Source of the DNA: Novosphingobium sp.
Lineage (GTDB): Bacteria; Pseudomonadota; Alphaproteobacteria; Sphingomonadales; Sphingomonadaceae
Length of the DNA: 64,000 bases
Assembly (NCBI GenBank): GCA_044225335.1
Contig: JBGAIR010000002.1
Location: forward strand, 8,643 to 72,642
Direction of reading: 5' to 3'
The position numbers and the translations under genes are program-made. Positions 59,267 through 64,000 of this stretch are shown piece by piece. Every line of letters starts with the position of its first letter. Position 1 is the stretch's first letter. The notes below the pieces were generated by a model. It was not told the origin of the DNA and made no database searches. It worked only from the letters and a program-made list of their open reading frames with translations.

Positions 59267-59293
59267 TGTAACCGCACGCCGCCAACCCCCGAA
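59267..59293 (+). promoter_or_regulatory. ECF-type promoter TGTAACC-N16-CGAA driving the DUF2282/DoxX/sigma/NrsF operon
   Basis: Plus strand: TGTAACC gcacgccgccaacccc CGAA. The motif ends about 52 nt upstream of GTG 59346. Confidence 0.6.
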
Positions 59294-59345
59294 TTGGCAG
59301 GTACGGTCGCCGCAGTGGCGCACCTCGCCAATCGGGAGTATTGAT

Positions 59346-59627
59346 GTGTCGTCTGTGAAAACCACCTCTGCCCTTGCTGCAATCGCCATTGCCGCTGCTT
59401 CGACCGCGGCGCTTGCCGGCAACACCCCTGCCGCCAGTCCCGCGATGGAAAAATGCTATGGCGTTGCCAAGGCTGGCAAGAATGATTGCAAGGCCGGTCC
59501 AGGCACCAGCTGTGCCGGAACCTCCACCCGCGATTATCAGGGCAATGCCTGGAAACTGGTCAAGGCCGGAACCTGCCTTTCGATCCGGACGCCGCGCGGC
59601 CACGGCACGCTGGAGCCACAGGCGTGA
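59346..59627 (+). CDS. bufA: DUF2282 four-Cys bufferin-type precursor with signal peptide (BufA1-like)
   Basis: GTG 59346 has GGGAG 7 nt upstream. (M)[23 protein letters not shown] | [67 protein letters not shown] matches the DUF2282 core. Confidence 0.8.
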   Translation: MSSVKTTSALAAIAIAAASTAALAGNTPAASPAMEKCYGVAKAGKNDCKAGPGTSCAGTSTRDYQGNAWKLVKAGTCLSIRTPRGHGTLEPQA

Positions 59628-60091
59628 TCGCGAAATCACCGTTGCTCCGGCGCTATGATGCGGTTGCAGGCTGGCTGTCGGGAACCGTCCCTGAAAGCCT
59701 GATGCTGCTGTTCGTGCGCGTGGCACTCGGCGGGGTTTTCTGGCGGTCAGGCCAGACCAAGGTTGAAGCGGGCAGCTGGTTCACCCTGACCGACAGCACC
59801 CGCGAGCTGTTCCGCACCGAATATTCCGGTGTGCCGCTGCCCCCTGATATTGCCGCGCCGCTGGCCAATGCGGTGGAACATGTGCTGCCGGCCTTGTTAC
59901 TGGCCGGACTGTTCACGCGGTTTTCTGCACTCGGCCTGATCGGCATGACGTTGGTCATCCAGATCTTCGTCTACCCTGATGCATGGTGGCCAGAGCATTC
60001 GCTGTGGATCGGTCTTGCGTTGATCCTGCTGGTGCGTGGTGGCGGGATGATCTCGCTCGACAGGGCGCTTGTCGGGAAAACCCGGGGATGA
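59624..60091 (+). CDS. DoxX-family membrane protein
   Basis: [22 protein letters not shown] and about 4 TM segments. The GTG start overlaps the precursor stop (GTGA), with GGAG upstream. Confidence 0.8.
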   Translation: MIAKSPLLRRYDAVAGWLSGTVPESLMLLFVRVALGGVFWRSGQTKVEAGSWFTLTDSTRELFRTEYSGVPLPPDIAAPLANAVEHVLPALLLAGLFTRFSALGLIGMTLVIQIFVYPDAWWPEHSLWIGLALILLVRGGGMISLDRALVGKTRG

Positions 60092-60615
60092 TTGCGGATG
60101 AGGCCACGCTGACCCGGCTGGCGGGCCTCGCCCAGCGCGGCGACAAGCAGGCCTATGCGGCACTGCTTACCGCTTGCCGCACCTGGCTGTTGCACTATTA
60201 CCGCCGCAAGGTTCCGCCAGATCAGATCGAGGATCTGGTGCAGGACACGCTGCTTTCGTTGCATCGCAAGCTGGCGAGCTATGATCCTTCGCGCTCGGTG
60301 ATGCCGTGGCTCGCGGCCATCGCCCGCTATCGCTTTGTCGATCACCTGCGCCTTGCCTATCGCAATGCGGCTGATGCAATCGAAGATGATATGGCGCTGG
60401 CTCATGATGACGAGCCGGCGCTAACCGCGCGTCTCAGCCTTGATCGGTTGTTCGAGGCCTTGCCTGACGCGCAGTGCCGCGCGATCGAACTGGTCAAGAT
60501 CGAAGGCCTGTCGATCAGTGAGGCGTCCAGCTCGACCGGACAAAGCGAATCGCTGATCAAGGTGAATATCCATAGAGGCTTGAAACGCCTCTCCGCATTG
60601 ATTGAGAGAGCCTGA
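60088..60615 (+). CDS. ECF RNA polymerase sigma factor (SigF-like)
   Basis: Region 2 (IEDLVQDTLLSLHRKLASYDPSRSVMPWLAAIARYRFVDHLR) and region 4 (LPDAQCRAIELVKIEGLSISEASSSTGQSESLIKVNIHRGLKRL). ATG overlaps the DoxX stop (ATGA). Confidence 0.85.
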   Translation: MIADEATLTRLAGLAQRGDKQAYAALLTACRTWLLHYYRRKVPPDQIEDLVQDTLLSLHRKLASYDPSRSVMPWLAAIARYRFVDHLRLAYRNAADAIEDDMALAHDDEPALTARLSLDRLFEALPDAQCRAIELVKIEGLSISEASSSTGQSESLIKVNIHRGLKRLSALIERA

Positions 60616-60619
60616 GCCC

Positions 60620-61264
60620 ATGGCGCGGAATCCAGATAGACTGATCGCTGGCCTGGTCGACGAGCTTGAGCCTGTGCGCCCCCTGCGGCAGCGTCAGGGC
60701 ATTGCCCGGGCGGTATTGGCATTGATCGCCGGCGCCGCAATCATTGCGCTCGGCCTTGGTGTGCGGCGCGATATTTCTGCCGGACGACCTGATCCGATGT
60801 TCCTGACGTCGAGCGGCCTGTTCCTGGTGCTGGCGCTCGCTTCGGCCTGGGCGGTCATCGACATGGCGCGTCCCTATGTCGGCATCCGGCGCGAAGGCTG
60901 GGGTTGGACCCTGCTGATGGCAGCGGTGCTGCCGGTTTCGGCAGTGGTGCTTGCCCTGGCCGATTGGCTGGGCGGCGCGCGCGTTGCGCTTGACCACAAT
61001 GGCATAACCTGCCTGAGTTTCGGCATTGCCATCGGCTTGCTGACAGCAACCACGCTGATCATCTGGCTGCGCCGGGGGGCGCCCTCCAGCCCCAAGCGGG
61101 CCGGCCTGTTGACCGGCGTGGCATCCGGCGCTGCAGGGATTTTCGCGGTATCGCTCTATTGTCCGAGCAATGATCTGCTGCACATCGGTATTTGGCACGG
61201 CGGCACGGTGATCCTGATGGGATTGGGAGGCCGCTTGTTCCTGCCACGGCTGCTCGCCTGGTAG
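60620..61264 (+). CDS. nrsF: NrsF-family (DUF1109) membrane anti-sigma factor
   Basis: DRLIAGLVDELEPVRPL N-terminus, 6 predicted TM segments, and two Cys in predicted loops (..GITCLSF.., ..SLYCPSND..). Confidence 0.8.
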   Translation: MARNPDRLIAGLVDELEPVRPLRQRQGIARAVLALIAGAAIIALGLGVRRDISAGRPDPMFLTSSGLFLVLALASAWAVIDMARPYVGIRREGWGWTLLMAAVLPVSAVVLALADWLGGARVALDHNGITCLSFGIAIGLLTATTLIIWLRRGAPSSPKRAGLLTGVASGAAGIFAVSLYCPSNDLLHIGIWHGGTVILMGLGGRLFLPRLLAW

Positions 61265-61276
61265 GGGTTGGCCGGG

Positions 61277-62191
61277 CTAGTCCAGCGCCGACAGGCCAGC
61301 TTTCAGGCGCGGGGCCACAAAGTCAAGAAACGCCCGCAGCTTGAGCGGTAGAATCGGCTGGCCGCCATGCACAAGCTGCACCGGCCGTGGGGCAGTCTGG
61401 AATTCCTGCAGCACCGGGATAAGCCGGCCTTCCGCGACCGCCGCCGCAGCCTGATAGGACAGCACCCGGACAATCCCGGCACCCGCAAGCGCGGCATCAA
61501 GCGCGCCGCTGGCCGTGTTGACCGAAAAGCGCGGATTGATAGGGACGGTTACTGTATCCCTGCCCTTTCGGAATTCCCAACTGTTGGTCGAATAGAGCCC
61601 TTCAAAGGCAATGCAATCATGATGCGCCAGCTCGTCAAGGTTCGCTGGTGCGCCATGCGCATTCAGGTATGCCGGGCTGGCGCAAGTGATCCAGCTGACC
61701 GTACCAAGCCGCTTGGCGATCAGCCCGCTGTCCGGCAAATCCCCGATGCGTACCGCCAAATCGACGCGGCTCTCGACCAGATCGATGACATAGTCTGCGA
61801 GGACGAGACGCACATTGATATCGGGATAGGCCCGCAGAAATTCGAGTATGACCGGTTCTACATGCAGCCGCCCGAACATGACCGGGGCCGCGATCAGCAA
61901 TTCTCCGCGTGGTGTGCGATATTCGCCGGTAGCGAGTCGCTCGGCATCGTCAAGCTCATCGAGAATCTGGCGGCAGGTGGCAACATAGGCACGGCCCACA
62001 TCCGTCAGCAGCAGCTTGCGGCTGGTCCTGATCACCAGCTGCGCGCGCAGATGGGCCTCAAGGTCCGAAACCCGGCGGCTGACGGTGGGTAAAGGCATGC
62101 CCAACGCACGTGAAGCGGCAGAAAGGCTGCCGCCATCAACCGCCGCAACCAGGGTGCGCATGGCCTCAAACCGGTCCATCAAATATTCCAT
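61277..62191 (-). CDS. LysR-family transcriptional regulator
   Basis: MDRFEAMRTLVAAVDGGSLSAASRALGMPLPTVSRRVSDLE HTH plus a LysR substrate-binding domain. It is divergent from the CMD gene. Confidence 0.9.
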   Translation of the reverse strand: MEYLMDRFEAMRTLVAAVDGGSLSAASRALGMPLPTVSRRVSDLEAHLRAQLVIRTSRKLLLTDVGRAYVATCRQILDELDDAERLATGEYRTPRGELLIAAPVMFGRLHVEPVILEFLRAYPDINVRLVLADYVIDLVESRVDLAVRIGDLPDSGLIAKRLGTVSWITCASPAYLNAHGAPANLDELAHHDCIAFEGLYSTNSWEFRKGRDTVTVPINPRFSVNTASGALDAALAGAGIVRVLSYQAAAAVAEGRLIPVLQEFQTAPRPVQLVHGGQPILPLKLRAFLDFVAPRLKAGLSALD

Positions 62192-62299
62192 AATATGGAA
62201 GGCTTGTTTCCATAATTGCTGGATACTGCAAATTTTCGGAAGATCCTAGTTCTTCGTCAGCGGCCGATACCCGGCCCTCTCAAACGAAGGACTTGCACC

Positions 62300-62851
62300 A
62301 TGCCCCGTATTCCCCAGCCCGCTACCATCGCCGACGCCCCGGAAAAGTCGCAAGGCCTGCTTGACGCTGTCGTCAAGCAGATCGGCTCCGCACCCAACCT
62401 GTTTCGACTGGTTGCAACCAGCCCGCAGGCACTCGAAGGCTATCTCGCGCTCTCCGGCGCGCTCGGCAAGGGAGCGCTGCCTGCCGCCACCCGTGAGCGG
62501 ATTGCGCTGGCGGTCGCCGAGGTCAATGGTTGTGACTACTGCCTTTCGGCCCATGCCTTTCTTGGCAAGAACCTTGCCAAGCTGGATGACGCCGAGATTG
62601 CCGCCAACCGCAGCGGTGCGTCGAATGATCCCAAGGCCGATGCGGCCGTCCGCTTCGCCGCCAAGGTAGCGCAGGAGCGGGGCCACATCGCTGACGCTGA
62701 TTTCGCTGCGGTTCGCCTTGCCGGCTACACCGATGCGCAGATCATAGAGATCGTCCAGCATGTCGCGCTCAACAGCTGGACCAACTATTTCAACAATGTG
62801 TTCCAGACCGAGATCGATTTCCCGGTCGTCACAGCCCGCAAGGCGGCGTGA
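62300..62851 (+). CDS. Carboxymuconolactone decarboxylase (AhpD-like) family protein
   Basis: RIALAVAEVNGCDYCLSAH CxxC motif. I chose start ATG 62300. Confidence 0.85.
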   Translation: MPRIPQPATIADAPEKSQGLLDAVVKQIGSAPNLFRLVATSPQALEGYLALSGALGKGALPAATRERIALAVAEVNGCDYCLSAHAFLGKNLAKLDDAEIAANRSGASNDPKADAAVRFAAKVAQERGHIADADFAAVRLAGYTDAQIIEIVQHVALNSWTNYFNNVFQTEIDFPVVTARKAA

Positions 62852-63004
62852 TCGAACGGGCGGCGGGCATCCCACTTTCGCACTGCGATCACCGATGATT
62901 TCGCCGCGTTTCTTGAAGGGATCGATACCGCCTATCTCGCGACCGCCACCGCCGATGGCCAACCCTATGCCCAGCACCGAGGCGGACCCAAGGGCTTCAT
63001 CCGG

Positions 63005-63394
63005 GTGGTTGACAAGACAACGCTGGGATTTGCCGACTACACTGGCAACCGGCAGTATCTGTCGACCGGCAATCTCGCCGAAAATGACAAGGCGTTCCTG
63101 TTCCTGATGGACTACGCCAATCGCCGCCGGATCAAGCTGTGGGGGCGGGCCCGTGTCATTGCCGACGATCCGGCGCTGATCGACCGGCTGATGCCGCAAG
63201 ACTACCCTGCCAGGCCAGAGCAGGCGATTCTGTTCGAGGTGCTGGCCTGGGATATCAATTGCCCCCAGCACATTCCGCAGAAACTCGACGCAGGCGATGT
63301 GGCCTCGGCGATCAGCCATCTTGAAACGCGCATTGCCGCGCTGGAAACCGAAAACGCCGCATTGCGTGCGCAAACCGAAAGAACAGGACCATGA
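63005..63394 (+). CDS. Pyridoxamine 5'-phosphate oxidase-like (split-barrel) protein, 5' region lacking a start codon
   Basis: [34 protein letters not shown] is a PNPOx-like fold, with a coiled-coil tail. Protein-like sequence continues upstream to the TGA at 62849-62851 without any ATG/GTG/TTG. Confidence 0.5.
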   Translation: MVDKTTLGFADYTGNRQYLSTGNLAENDKAFLFLMDYANRRRIKLWGRARVIADDPALIDRLMPQDYPARPEQAILFEVLAWDINCPQHIPQKLDAGDVASAISHLETRIAALETENAALRAQTERTGP

Positions 63395-63855
63395 GCCGCC
63401 CACCATTGCCGCCCTTCACCGACGAGACGGCTGCCCAAAAGGTCCGTATGGCCGAAGACGCCTGGAACAGCCGCGATCCGGCGCGGGTCGCGCTGGCCTA
63501 TACTGCAGACAGTCAGTGGCGGAACCGGGCCCAGTTCATTATGGGCCGCTCGGAAATCGAAGCCTTCCTCACCCGCAAGTGGGCGCGTGAACTCGATTAC
63601 CGGTTGATCAAGGAAGTCTGGGCGCACGCAGGCAACCGCATCGCGGTGCGTTTTGCCTATGAATACCGCGACGACAGCGGCAACTGGTTCCGCGCCTATG
63701 GGAATGAGAACTGGCAGTTCGATCCCGATGGCCTGATGGAACGCCGTATAGCCAGCATCAACGAACATCCGATCGCTGCGGGAGCGCGCATGTTTAACTG
63801 GCCGCTGGGGCGACGGCCCGATGAACATCCCGGATTGTCGGATTCGGGATTCTAG
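63391..63855 (+). CDS. DUF1348 (SnoaL/NTF2-like) protein
   Basis: [24 protein letters not shown]..., NENWQFD..GLM..R.ASIN are highly characteristic of DUF1348. The start overlaps the previous stop (ATGA). Confidence 0.85.
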   Translation: MSRPPLPPFTDETAAQKVRMAEDAWNSRDPARVALAYTADSQWRNRAQFIMGRSEIEAFLTRKWARELDYRLIKEVWAHAGNRIAVRFAYEYRDDSGNWFRAYGNENWQFDPDGLMERRIASINEHPIAAGARMFNWPLGRRPDEHPGLSDSGF

Positions 63856-63922
63856 CGATTTGGGAAGACCCCGCGGCGTAATCCAGGCAGGGCGTTCTGT
63901 GGGAGCAGCCATGAAGCCGCGT

Positions 63923-64000
<78 letters not shown>

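Overview
High-GC alphaproteobacterial chromosomal segment, sphingomonad-like judging by the protein sequences (inference only). I call about 60 protein genes, tRNA-Gly(CCC), and a tRNA-Ser(CGA) cut by the window end. I saw no rRNA, CRISPR array, transposase or integrase. Most of the window is core metabolism and envelope: GntR plus TonB receptor, hppD/VOC/Lrp, aguA, M28 and M23 peptidases, glnE, bcp, two acyl-CoA synthetases, kup, msrB, queG, an ABC-2 exporter, phoD and thrS. Many long ORFs in the track are antisense shadow ORFs typical of high-GC DNA, and I rejected them. The main points of interest are listed below.

1. **Bufferin-type RiPP locus (57.2-61.3 kb).** This MNIO/DUF692 locus carries two different Cys-rich, signal-peptide precursors: a 6-Cys type and a DUF2282 4-Cys type. 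They sit on divergent operons that share one DUF692-DUF2063 pair, with DoxX and an ECF sigma/NrsF anti-sigma pair. Two mirror-image TGTAACC-N16-CGAA promoters lie back to back in the 183-bp spacer.
2. **thrS leader ORF.** A 36-codon ORF with five consecutive Thr codons, followed by GC hairpins, lies directly upstream of thrS. It is a candidate attenuator.
3. **Low-GC cassette (30.4-33.0 kb).** Five tightly packed genes of unknown function: a membrane-tethered LuxR-HTH protein, a small helical protein, a 4-TM protein, RadC/JAB and a winged-helix protein.
4. **Uncharacterised operon.** TonB receptor, periplasmic parallel beta-helix protein and diheme cytochrome c.
5. **KdpD/KdpE without kdpFABC.** The KdpD-like kinase lacks the N-terminal sensor region, and the pair sits next to kup.
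6. **Disrupted NAD-glutamate dehydrogenase.** The large gene is split by a frameshift, probably with a small deletion.
7. **Smaller oddities.** A short lone CHR transporter, an orphan CYP153 P450, and a PNPOx-like gene with no usable start codon.
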